Below are positions 27,200 through 39,150 of a DNA stretch of 43,707 nt, piece after piece; the first letter of the stretch is position 1; each line of letters opens with the position of its first letter. Where the stretch lies: assembly GCA_002104905.1 (NCBI GenBank), contig MCFE01000705.1, forward strand, positions 1 through 43,707. Direction: 5' to 3'. The notes beneath the pieces are model-generated. The model was not told where the DNA came from. It saw only the letters and a program-made list of their open reading frames with translations, and did not search any database. The position numbers were made by a program, and so were the translations under genes. This stretch comes from Basidiobolus meristosporus CBS 931.73 (Eukaryota > Fungi > Basidiobolomycota).

Positions 27200-29653
27200 A
27201 ATATATCGAGTAAATCCCAGCCAGGAATTTGGTTGGAATCCTTTACAATTTGTCAACTATGATCCAAGCAACTTTGTTGGATGAATATCTGAGTGTAACT
27301 ACCAGGTTTACCACCACTTCTTTTGCTTAATGCCACCATACCAAAGGGAATTGCGCTTCCTACCACCCCATATGCCATTTATATATAGCACTATAAAATC
27401 ATGCCCCTCTGTCATCTCACCCACTACAAGTGTGAGTATTTCATATATAACATGAATCAAGAAGTATTGCTACCTCCGGCTTAATAACCTTAATATACAC
27501 ATGCATACCTGCTGAAATTGATACACTTCAGTTATCTGACATTTATGGCATTTCAGTGGAATGCTTACAAAGCAGCCATTGGCCATGTACAGTTTGTTGC
27601 ACATACTTCTGCTAAGTGTGTGTGATTGCCATCACTTTTGCTAAGAATACCTGCCAACTGATGTAAGAGAAGTAATTATACTTTTGCATGGACTTTGTGA
27701 GACAATGGATTGAGTGTAACTGGAAAGGTCCTAATGACAACCCTACAAAAAATAATTGTGATGATCATGCCAAAAGGCCAACACAAGATCTGAATCCTGT
27801 GACTAAGAGGTATTGATGCCATGAGGACACTGTGCAAAGACTTTTCAAAAATAATTGCGCTTCAGATATCACAAAAAACTTGGTCAAAAATTTTCATCAC
27901 AGCAGTACATACATGGCTGTTGCTTGGTTCTCAGCCAATTCTCCCACTTTCTGATCCTAGACACTCAATCACCTCCTACATTTGTGCACACTGTTTGGTT
28001 ATTGCCCCTTGCTCATACTCCTTACTTCCTGACTCAAACAATGCTCCTACTTTTTATTCATACAAATTGGTTTATTTGCATTCAAACCTCAGACATAACT
28101 TAATTGCCAATTGAACTGACCTATACAAGTCCCATATCCTTACACTAATGCTGAGCCCAACCTCATGCTCAACAAGTAAATACATTAAAATCCACCAGTC
28201 AATAAGCACTTCTACTGTAAAACCCTTAATGCATGACTTTGGCAGGTACCCTATGGCTTTATTGCTGTAATTATTAAGTTGTTGCCTAAATATTGATGTC
28301 AATTTAGTCACATAGATTGTATTTTACGCCTAGCATTCTGCTCTGACCAATTTTCTTAGTGTGGTTGATGTAGAATATTGTCACCAAGCTATCAGGTATC
28401 CAGATTGTGACCTTTCTCAAGGTTATCCAAAAGACCCCAAACTTTGCATATATACTCCTGGAAGCTTTGTTAGCAAGCACTGCACATTTGTTTACTTTAC
28501 CTTATCAAAAGTAAAAACACCATATTTTTGATCAATAAATCCACATATGAATAATATGTAAATTTTCTAGTTCTCCACATCACTTTCAACACTCCTTACA
28601 ATAACATGGCAAGCTATGAGCCCCAAGCTTGCTGTCCTCTTGGTGTCTACTTTCCTTTATATCTGTTTCTGCTAGCTTGGAGAAAGACTTTCCATACTAC
28701 TGTTCAGCTAAAAGTAAAAGATGACTACTGCTACTAAAGGACAATGTTTATGAAGATATTGCTATGGAAACAAAGGCCTTGCCTTCAAAAGATTCTCTCA
28801 GTGAATACTCAAGTTAGTTAAGAGTATGAGACTATCAAACTGGCATGTAAACATATCAAGATCTATAATATGCGGGTGCTCTATTACCACCAAAAAAAAT
28901 TGAGAAACTTCAGCAACTGAAGGTCCACATCTACAATGAAACATATTGATATATGTACTCATATAACCCCAGTCTGCTGTTAGGCAGGCTTTTATATAGG
29001 AGGTTATCCGGAATTGCAAAAAAAATAAATCATATTCAATAATTACCAGAGGAGGAATCTACTAAGATCTGTTGCCACTCAAAATAGGGCTGTAAATGCA
29101 AACACTGGAGCTGTTAGCCGCCATTCTGCACTCCCAATCAATGGAAGAAAACTGCAGAAACAAGCTCCCAGAGTTGTAAGGATCCTGATTATATACAAGA
29201 CAAATATACCCACCTGGAGAACAGGTACTTACTAAATGATTTTTAAGGTAAATTCTACTTCTGGAAGAGCACCAATCTCAATTCTACAAGTGTATTATGA
29301 TACAAAAAATGCAGCTTTATCTGCTGAAGTCAATAGAGGCCCTCTGAGAATAGCTACAAAAACCCTTGTCATTGTTGCATACCAAACATGGTACAGCAAA
29401 GAAGTAAAAGGACTTTAACTTCACTGTAAAAGGTGTGAACAGTTCAAAGAAGGTTGTTGCTACTCAAGGAAAACAAAGATGACTATTCTTGATCAATTTT
29501 GTGGATCTGAAGCATTAAACAGATGTGGTTCAGGTGGGGTAGGCTATCTCAGCTCAAAGCTGAGCAAAAACTCTTGTTGGCCATATTGCATATGCCACAA
29601 AGCCAGTAAATGAGGAAACTTCAGATCAAGTGGAAATGACAAAATGTTTACTC
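27200..29653. other. CpG-depleted degenerate sequence, probably decayed TE DNA of unassigned class
   Basis: Abrupt loss of CpG after the rhodanese. Only short motif-less ORFs. Confidence 0.45.
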
Positions 29654-30003
29654 TGTGGCAAGAATCTTGGAGATGTTGGAAGCAACTGGGAGTGCAAGTA
29701 TATTATGTGGTTTTCACTTAATGATTGATTAAGTGAAAAAGTAGCATTTATGCTTTTATATGGTCTTGGCATAGCAAGATTATAGAATATGCTGAGTAAG
29801 GTTCCAAGAATATGTGTGCAAAGATTTGGACTGTTCATACAACTTTGAGAATTTTCATATTGTGGGTACCTGATGTGTTGGGTTAGAATATTCTAAATAT
29901 ATCCTATCCAGGAATTCAGTCAGTGTTCTTTAAGATTTGCAGGTATTGATATAAGTGACCTGGTTAGGTGAATATATAGGTGGAATTATATATTTTTAAT
30001 ACA
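29654..30003 (-). mobile_element. Isolated, diverged Ty1/copia-type LTR (same family as 35207-35555)
   Basis: TGTGGCAAGAATCTTGG...TTTTTAATACA aligns end to end with the copia LTR at 35207-35555 (350 vs 349 bp). No TSD visible. Confidence 0.75.
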
Positions 30004-30219
30004 AATTTGAACCCCAGTAGACAATTATTTTTACCTCATATAAAGTCAGCAATATGAAATCTACTGTCCCTGAGCTTAATATGAACATACAGTGAAGTTG
30101 TCTAACAGCACTAGACAGTTGCCTGGAAATTAGGAAACTCCATATCTTCTGTAAGTGACAAAACCTTAACTTTACCAAAACTGGGTGAGTTTTGCTCAAA
30201 TTAGAAGCAGTGGATATGT

Positions 30220-33200
30220 AGAATCACCCCTCTTTATTTGCTTATCCACTACTACCTTGGATATTCCATATATAGTTTGAACCAAAAAATATTATGGCCT
30301 CCTGCTTGCTGACCACTACAAATTTCTCACACCTGCCACAATTGATATACTTCTATCACCTTAACTTTACAGCTTTTCAGGGTGATGCTTGCAATGATGC
30401 CATATACTTTGTATTGCTGGTAACATATACATCTTGCAAACATATGCTTCCTTGCCTCTACTTCTGCAATGAATACCTCCTGAATATCTGCAAAGAACTT
30501 CTTGGTATTTAGCCAATATATTCCTTCACCCTACTAGATTCTAGTCCCCCTATAGGTGCATTCTGGCACTTGTTTGGGTGAATTCCATATTGAATGGTGT
30601 AGAAATTGACTTGTGACCAAGAGAAATCCAATATACCTGGGTAGAGCTTTCCTAATAAACATTATTGGCATGTTGCACCCAACCCAGCTTTGCATTACTT
30701 AACTGATTACCCACACATTGGGGCTGCTTAGCTTCTTAATGCCATAGGCATAGGTGTCTCCATGTACACATCTGTCCTTAGCATTTTCTAACTTTTCCTG
30801 GCTGTCCTCCGTGTGCCAACTCATCACATCCATGATGGACTTGAAGGTAATATTCTTGATGAGATTGAGATATGGTAGTACCTGCAACTTAACTTGTCTT
30901 TCTATCTCCCCACATGTCCACTCCATAGGAAACTCCCAAAAGGTGAAACAAGGTCCAATATTCTCAACACACCAAGCAAGATGGAGTAGCAAATGGATAC
31001 AGTAGTAGCAGAGATCTGCACATTGTAGTGGGGTTACAATGACACCCACTGACAGATGTGCTCATTCCCATATTTTCTACTTCCCTCTTTTCTACTACCC
31101 TTATATTAGTTTTATCCTATTTTTCTTACTTAATCAGTACTATACCATAAGCTCACTTACTATTGTACCAGCTTACCTTATTGCAAAAGTTATCCCTCAC
31201 TTTATGCAAGATTACTTGATGTAAGTGCTTCTATATTAGGCAGGTACCTGCTCCAGTACCTGTAACACATGACCAAACTACATCCCCATCCCTACCATTT
31301 TCATACCATATATGGTATCTCTATGTTACACAGGTCTCAGAATACTGATCCCTGATTGGTTGGGTGTGCTGTGCCTCTTAGAACCTTCTGGCACCTACTT
31401 AGAACATTCTTTGCTCATTCTGATGTCATTGAGATTTCTATTTGACCACAAGAACCTTCTGGAACACCATGATTAGTAATCACTTTGCCAGTGAGAAAAG
31501 TATAAAAGGGGGTAATCCCTCATCAAGAATAGTATATAAGGAAGGCTATCCCTCAACAATAAATCATCATCCCTTCTATAAATATACCAACATATTGATC
31601 AGTGTAATCACTGCTACCTGCTGCTACCTGAACCTCCAATCCCAGACCACAGGACACTCCCAGACAACTGTGCTGACAGCCAACTGACCTAGGAGGCACT
31701 GCTTGTGAGTAATACTCCAGGTAGGTAACACTTATTATATTTGATCCTTTCCCAAATTTGTTCTTCTACAGGCAAAGATACTTTTCTGTCTTTGTAACTA
31801 TTGACCACAGCTGCATTCTTATCAAGTCCCTGCTGGTGGAGTTTACAGTTGTTTTGACTTTGGAAGCTTTAGTACATTGTCATCTCAATGGATGCTGAAC
31901 CCCGCACATACTTTTGTTAAGATGCCAACTAGGTTGGGGATTGTAGCTCAATAGTTTTCCCTTGACATGCTTGTAGCTTTATTTTCCATGACATTAGATT
32001 AGAGACAGAACCCAAGTATTCCTAGCAAGCTTTTGCAAAATGTCATTGCACCTAGTGAACACTCCGCACACATTACACTTGAGAGGTGTTGGATATATCT
32101 CCCTAGGACTTATACACCACCACAACATGCCGCTTTATGTTTGTAGTACAGCTGCTCAAATCCCATCACAAACTCTATGCACAAAAGTTGTAGATGCATT
32201 ATGTTGGCAATAGTGATCTGCTTCTGGATAAATACTGCTACAATGTCCACATATGACTCCCAATGCTTCCAATGTACTCTTGGTAGAAACAGCTTCACAA
32301 GGCCACTTAAACAAATACATATCCAGTTCATCCAGTCCTTGCACTTGTATTGTTGGCTATGAGTATTCATGCTGATTGGAGCCCATGAGAAGTACTTGGG
32401 GTAGCAGATTCTCTGTAATATCTTGCCAATACTTTCATATTTCTCCAGTATCTCAAAGGGCTCATTTAGCTTAAAATTCCCCATGTACAGCTTAGTCATC
32501 AATATAGGGATATTGCTGAAAAGCAAATGCATTGCTCCCAATGGAAAGCTTTTGCTCCAGCGGATACCCATTATTTTAAATATCTCTGGTTTCTGGTTAA
32601 TTGCATATTCCAGCCAATGGCTTATAGCTTGCTAACTTCGCTGCAATTGCATGCTGACTTTTTTATGCTCTCTCTGGAGAAAGATGGTGTTCTAAGTGTT
32701 GGTGTTTGAGTACTCTAAGAAACAAATTTAAGAAAAGGCCAGCAAAATATCATCATAATATCAGCTGAATTCCAAGTGTCTCAAAATTGACAACTATCAA
32801 CATCTCCAATATTGGCTCATGAGCAGGCAAGCAAAAAAATCTCCAGGAGGAGACTAGACTAAGCTATCCAGGTTGAACAGTGATTTAGACCCAGATACCA
32901 GTGAAGCTACCATTAAGTTTCTGCTCTTATACTGTAAGATAGGTAGCAGATCCAAATTGATGAGAATCAGTGGCCAGCAAGATTTGTTGGTAGAGTACTT
33001 GTTTATTGAAAGTCCATCAAGTGTTAAGGCAAAGGCATTGTCATACATATCTTCAAAGTTGCTCTTGCTTCTTGCTGTTTGTCATGTTTGCTATCAAGTA
33101 TATCTGATATGTTTGCACTTAATTGATACTGAGTCCAGTACTTTATAGATTTGCAATATTTGTTGAACTGCATGAGCTTCCTTAGATGGGGTATTATTGG

Positions 33201-33925
33201 AATAGATCTGCAGTGTGAAAAATGTTTTCCCCAATTGGTGGTAGATTCCTGACAATTTGGACACCTTGCATTGTTGGCATTTCCTGACGTGAATACCAAG
33301 CTACTGTTAAGATATGCTGGTATCAGGACAGTCTCTAGGTCATATGTTCCCAGCCACATGACAGTTTTCCATTTATACCATGAACATGGTGATCTGCATC
33401 CCAGGATGATTTTGACAAGTAGTAGTAATAAATTTTCAAAGCCCCCATTACTGATATTAGTGGAAATGTGCACTCCACTAGCCACAACATCACATCATTC
33501 ACCAGTAAACCAATTACTGGGCTCACTTGACTCCATAAAGTATCATTGGCATATTTTTCCACAGATGTTGTCTCATTGCATAGTGGGATTTTGTTAGGCT
33601 CATGCAGGGTACTGTTGTTAGGGAAGATAGGCTCACAATCAATGAGTGAGCCTGCTTCTTCAGAGCTATCACTCTGCATGCCATATTCAGAAGGCTGGGG
33701 TGAGCCCAAAGGTGTCACAAACTCTCCTGACTCCGTTTGCACAAGGTGACAAGTACAGTCAGATGCAATTATAGAAGTATCAAGTGGCCAGCAAGATATT
33801 GCTGGTGGTAGTGACTGGCAAATGGTCAAATATGACTTGTGTGGCATAACACTGGCTGTGATCCTTGTAATAATTCCTATGTTATTTGCATGCTTCATGG
33901 CTGAAAGGCCTACTACAATAGCCAC
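30220..33925 (-). pseudogene. Decayed CACTA/EnSpm (Tnp2/Transposase_21-like) transposase, interrupted by a solo LTR
   Basis: Ordered motif fragments on the minus strand: CPNCQE...IPIIPHLR...SDILD (33024-33485); FALTLDG...WPLILINLDLLP...N...SGSK..NLDS (32854-33048); SFPLGAMH, DWMNWI, HLLLHL..VENIGP..FWEFPMEW.CG...PYLNL (32571 to 30699). Family assignment is from recalled motifs. Outer boundaries are approximate. Confidence 0.7.
31024..32124 (+). mobile_element. Solo Ty3/gypsy LTR (1101 bp) with 4-bp target-site duplication ACAT
   Basis: TGTAGTGG...CCACCACA termini. ACAT at 31020-31023 and 32125-32128. Inverted homologue of 38041-39111. Confidence 0.9.
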
Positions 33926-34486
33926 ATGGTCTTTTTTCTCTTCTCTTACGGCATTGAGTCAAAGTAGTCTTGTCCATGGGGCAAAAAGTGTGACACTCAA
34001 CAATGTAATGCTATTATACCACTTTTTTGTCAATACTCATGTGAATTTAAGACAGTCTTGATTTTGAGTCATTACACCTACATGAATGTAAGATTCAATG
34101 ATGACCTGCCATAGTAAGCATTATAAATAAAGTTGTGGCACCATATACACACATTTATGCAACATTACCTCCCCTTTAGTCTCACTCACTTACATATATA
34201 TGCCACCAGAAAATAAAGCAAGGTTGTCTGGTTCCCAACAAAACCCCACCACTGACAGCAGCAGAAGAAAAGTTGGACAATAGCTTGCTTTGACATTCAG
34301 TGCAACAAGCAGGGCTAGAGCCAAAAAAGGCCCTGTGGACAGTGTACCCACTGAAGGTTATAATGCAGACTTCTCAGGCTCTCAGTCAAGTAGGCAATTG
34401 GAAATCTCTGCAGAGCAAAAAGCCGACAATATTGTGGAGGCAGATGTGAATGTAGCAAAAGCAGTACCTTCAGTTGAAGACCATAA

Positions 34487-35206
34487 GTGGCCATCATAAC
34501 ATCACCACCACCTGTATTAGCAATTATGTTGTCAGCCCATACCAAAGCATTAATGAGGCAACTAGGTGCAGTGGCTGACAGGATAGATGCAAAGGCCCAG
34601 AGAAAGCAGGAAATAGTCCAGAAGCAAGATGAGCAGATAATAGGTGTAGAGAAATCAATATCCCAGGTAGAGAAAGCAGTATTCTTACTGGAAAGAAGGA
34701 ACTCACATATCTCATTGTCACAGCCAAGAATTGAGCCATTTCCCAATGTAGGAGCAGAGGAACACTGTATAGTCTTTGAAGCACAACAACAGTGCCCAAA
34801 GATACAGCCCACAGAGAGCCTATCACAGCTTGGGAGGGAGAAAATGTAGTGTGCATACCAAGGCCTAAAAACCAAAAGACATGGAAGATCTGTGAAGTTT
34901 TTGATTGCAATGATGAAGAGTGCGCTAATATTCAAGAGGCTGTTGGAAGTCTGGCAAGCCATCACTCTAAGGCCAGCATATCATGGGACCATCAGGAACT
35001 CAAGGCCAAGCACAATGTGCTTGACTTGCTCCATGAGCATTATCCTGGATTCAAACAGGCAAACAGCTTTTGGGCCAGCATTGGTATGCTAAGAAAGTAT
35101 CTCAAGAATAGCAGAAGCTATCAAAGGCAGAAGAACAAGGGTGCCATGGCTAAAAACCAGCGGCTTCCTCAAGTGCCTGTTATAAGCAGGGCCATAAGCT
35201 CCAAAC
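34487..35206 (+). pseudogene. Possible decayed accessory ORF of the CACTA-like element (coiled-coil plus helical domain), cut by the copia LTR
   Basis: Two overlapping ORFs (34487-34849 coiled-coil-like; 34792-35214 with YPGFKQANSFWASIGMLRKYLKN). The second runs into the LTR at 35207. CpG-depleted. Confidence 0.35.
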
Positions 35207-35555
35207 TGTTGTAAGAGTCTTGGAGATATTGGAAGTGATTTGGAGAACAAGTAGATTATGTTGTTTTCACTTAATGATTTATTGAATATAAAAGTAGTAT
35301 TTATACTTTTACCTGGTCTTAACATTACAAGCATGTAGAATAAGTTAAGTAAGGTCCCAAGAGCATGTGTGCAAAGTTTGGGGCTGTTTGGACAACTTTG
35401 AGAATTTTCATGTTCTGGGTACCTGGTATTTTGGTGAAAATATTCTAAGTAAATCCCAACAAGAAATTTGGTCAGTATTCTCTAGGATTTGAAGGTGATG
35501 ATCTAAGTGACTAAGTTAGGTGAATATTTAGGTGGAAATACAAATTTTTACAACA
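35207..35555 (-). mobile_element. 3' LTR of the Ty1/copia element
   Basis: Perfect terminal inverted repeat TGTTGTAA...TTACAACA. Polypurine tract TGAGTGGGAG (35556-35565, minus strand) directly precedes it. Confidence 0.9.
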
Positions 35556-35566
35556 CTCCCACTCAG

Positions 35567-38040
35567 CTAAATGTTCATACTGACTAGTCCTAATTTTGAC
35601 CTAAGATATTCAAACTTGTCTCTAGCTAATGGTTTGGTAAATATGTCTGCAATCATTTCATTTGTAAGACAGTAAACTAAGCTAACCAAGTTAATCTCTA
35701 TAGCTTCATGTATGAAATGATGTCTGATATTTATTTGCTTGGTTCTAGCATGAAAAGTTGGATTTTTACCTAATTGTATACATCCTGGATTATCTTGAAA
35801 TAAAGTAATAAGTGTTTTTTGACATAGGCCTAAATCTGTAAAGAGTTTTCTTAACCATATTGCTTCTTTTGTAGCTTCACAGGCTGCCATATACTCTGCC
35901 TCTGTAGTAGAAAGTGCTATGGTTGGTTGTTTTCTTGAATTCCATGAAACTGCTCCTTCACAGTAAAGAAAGGTGTATCCTGTGGTGGATCTTCTGTCTT
36001 CCAAATTTTGTCCCCAATCAGCATCAGAGTATCCCACAAGATCCTGTTCTGATTCCTTATAAGTGTATCTTAAGCAGATATCAGCAGTTCCTTTTAGGTA
36101 TCTAAAAATCTGCTTAACTGCTGCAATATGATCAGATCCATAATTCTGATTATGTTAGCTAACAAATCCCACTGAATATGAGATATCTGGATGTGTTCCA
36201 AGCATGCTATACATCAGACTGCCCACCATAGATTGATAAGGAAAGTCAGGGCTTTCAGATGGCACCAAGCTCTCTTGGTTTGGTTGAGTTTTGACCAAGT
36301 TAAGGTTTGTCTCCATTGGGGTAGCTGCCGGTTTACAGTCTTCCATTTTGTACTTCTTTAGTATATCTTGAATATACTTGGATTGACTTAGGGTGATAGT
36401 CTGGGTACTTCTGTCTATGGAGAACTTACTCCCTAAGTAGTAACTAAGTTCTCCTAGATTGGACATCTTGAACTCCTTAGATAGGCTGGATTTAGTCTCT
36501 ACCAAGGTTTCTAGGTTATTGGTGGCTAAAATAAGATCATCCACATATACATCTAATAGAACTGGATTTGCTCTATCTGGCTTATAGTATATACTATAGT
36601 CAGCATTACTTCTTTTGAAACACAAAGATTCCAAATAAGAATCTATCTTGCAATTCCAGGCTCTTGGTGATTGTTTGAGACCATATAGTGACTTTTTAAG
36701 CTTGCAGACCAAATAGGGGTTATCTTGGTCAACAAATCCATCAGGCAGGTCCATATACATGTCCTCATCATGTTCTCCATTCAAAAATGCAGTTTTTACA
36801 TCCATTTGATGAATAAAAAACTTATATTTGGCTGCAATAGCCAATATTAATCTGATGGAATTAAGCTTGGCTACCGGTGCAAAGGTCTCAGTATAGTCAA
36901 GTCCTTTTGTTTGAGAGTATCCTTTGGCTACAAGTCTTGCTTTGTATCTTTCAATTGTACCATCAGCCTTGTATTTTGTCTTGAAGACCCATCTGCATCC
37001 AATTGATTTTTGGTTGACTGGTAATTTGACTAAGTCCCAAGTTTGATTTTCCATCATGGCCTGATATTCCTCAGTCATTGCAGATCTCCAAAACTTTGTC
37101 TGAGGGCTATTTAGGGCCTCTTTTACAGTCTGGGGTTCATCAATATGGACTGAATAGGCATAGGCTAGGTTTGTACCCTCATGGATAGAGTAATTTGGGC
37201 TATTTCTTGTCTGATTGGATCTCCGGGCCTTTGATACTGGAATGATCACTTCTGGGATATTCCTGGGCACTGATTCTGGCTGAACCGTGGTTGTAGAGTC
37301 CTCTGGAGTGAAAAAAATGTCATTGCTTTGCTCTGATTCAATCCTGACAGTTGGTGGACTTGAGATCAAATTTTTGTCATCTTCTGATGTCATTTTTTGT
37401 GAGAATTTTGAATTTTCTTCAAACAACACATCCCTGGACTTGATCAGCTTCTTTGCTTTGATATTGTAGAGTCTGTATGCCTTACTCTCATTGTAGTAGC
37501 CCAAAGATATGCATTTTAAACTTTTTGGCACAAATTTTGACTGATTTCCGGCCAGTTTTTTGGCATATGCTGTACACCCAAATATTCTTAGTTGTTCTGC
37601 ACTTGGTGTGCATCCATACCATGCTTCAAATGGAGTAGAATCACAAAGTATTCTGTTATAACTCCTATTTTTAGGGTATACAGCAGTGGCAACTGATTCC
37701 ACCCAAAAATCATAGGGTAATTTTTGATCATGGATCATAGATCTTGCCATATCAATTATTGATCTGTTAGCTTGTTCTGCTACTACATTTTGCTGTGGGG
37801 AGTATGGTACAGTAGTCTCTTGCTTTATCCCATGAATTTTGCAGAAGTGGATGAAGAGTTTTGAGGTATATTCACCACTATTGTCAGAGCGTATTTTCTT
37901 GATTTTTTCACCAGTTTCTCTCTCAACCATGGCTTTAAACTCCCTGAGCTTAGACCAAGTCTCTTCCTTTCTCTCCATGAAGTAGACCCATGTGTATCTT
38001 GTATAATCATCAATAAAAGTGATTAAATACTTCATCCCGC
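35567..38040 (-). pseudogene. Ty1/copia pol (integrase-RT-RNase H), one premature stop, 5' part displaced by a gypsy insertion
   Basis: Integrase TFIDDYTR / RSDNSGEY, RT ARLVAKG / MDVKTAFLNG / YVDD, RNase H GYSDADW / TEAEY. ORFs 36155-38134 and 35567-36037 are in one frame, separated by a single TAA (36155-36157) and 39 sense codons (…AVKQIFRYLKGT…). Confidence 0.92.
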
Positions 38041-39111
38041 TGTGGTGGTGTATAAGTCCAAGGGAGAGATACATCCAACACTTCTCAAGTGTTTTGTGTG
38101 TGGGGTGTTCACTGGGTGCAATAACCTCTGGCAAAAGCTTGCTAGGAATACTTGGGTTCTGTCTCTAATCTAATGTGAAGGGGAATAAAGCCACAAGCTT
38201 GTCAAGGGAAAACTATTGAGCTACAATCCCCAACTTAGTTGGCGTCTTAACAAAAGTATGTGCTGGGTTCAGCGTCCTTTGAGATGACAATATACTAAAG
38301 CTTCCAAAGTCAAAACAACTGTAAACTCCACCAGTAGGGACTTGATAAGAATGCAGCTTTGGTCAATAGTTACAAAGACAGAAAAGTATCTTTGCCTGTA
38401 CAAGAACAAACTTGGGAAAGAATCAAATATAATAAAAGATACCTACTCTGAGTATTCCTCACAAGTAGTGCCTCCAAGGTCAGTTGGCTGTCAGTGCGGT
38501 TTCCTGGGAGTGTCCTGTGGTCTAGGGTTGGAAGTTCAGGTAGCAGCAGGTAGCAGTGATCACACTAATCAACAAGTCGGTATATTGATAAAAGGGATGA
38601 TGATTTATTGTTGAGGGAGAGCCTCCCTTATATACTTTTCTTACTGGCTAAGTGATTACTAATCATGGTGTTCCAGAAGGTTCTGGATATCAATAGAAAT
38701 CTTAATGACATCAGAATGACCTAAGAATGTTCTAAGTAGGTGCCGGAAGGTTCTAAGAGGCACAGCACATCCAACCAATCAGGAATCAGTATTCTGAAAC
38801 CTGTGTAACATGGGGATACCATATATGGTATGGAAATGGTAGGGATGGTGACACGGGCTGATCATGAGTCACGGGTACTGGCGCGGGTACTTGCCTAATA
38901 TAGAAGTACTTATAGCTAGTAATCTTACATAAAGTGAGGGGTAACTTATGCAATAAGGTAAGCAGGTGTGATAGTCAACCGGCTTATGGCATAGTACTGA
39001 TTGGGTAAGACAAATGGGATAAAACTAAAATAAGTGTAGTAGAGATATAGGGAAGTAGAAAATAAGGGAATGAGCACATCTGTCAGTGGGTGTCACTGTC
39101 ACCCCACTACA
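38041..39111 (-). mobile_element. 3' LTR (1071 bp) of a Ty3/gypsy element inserted into the copia integrase
   Basis: Inverted homologue of 31024-32124 with the same termini. PPT GAGAGGGGGGTGGA at 39112-39125 (minus strand). Confidence 0.9.
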
Positions 39112-39150
39112 TCCACCCCCCTCTCAGCTTTGAACTTGGGTCAAAGCAAA

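Noticed and set aside
459-29087. CCACTCAAAATAG at 459 and 29075 as CACTA terminal repeats
   Set aside because: Same-strand orientation does not fit the inverted element copies, and no TSD was identified.
33024-33485. CPNC…HFSHC as a LINE C-terminal zinc finger
   Set aside because: Neighbouring fragments give the ordered CACTA transposase motifs, and no LINE RT motifs were found.
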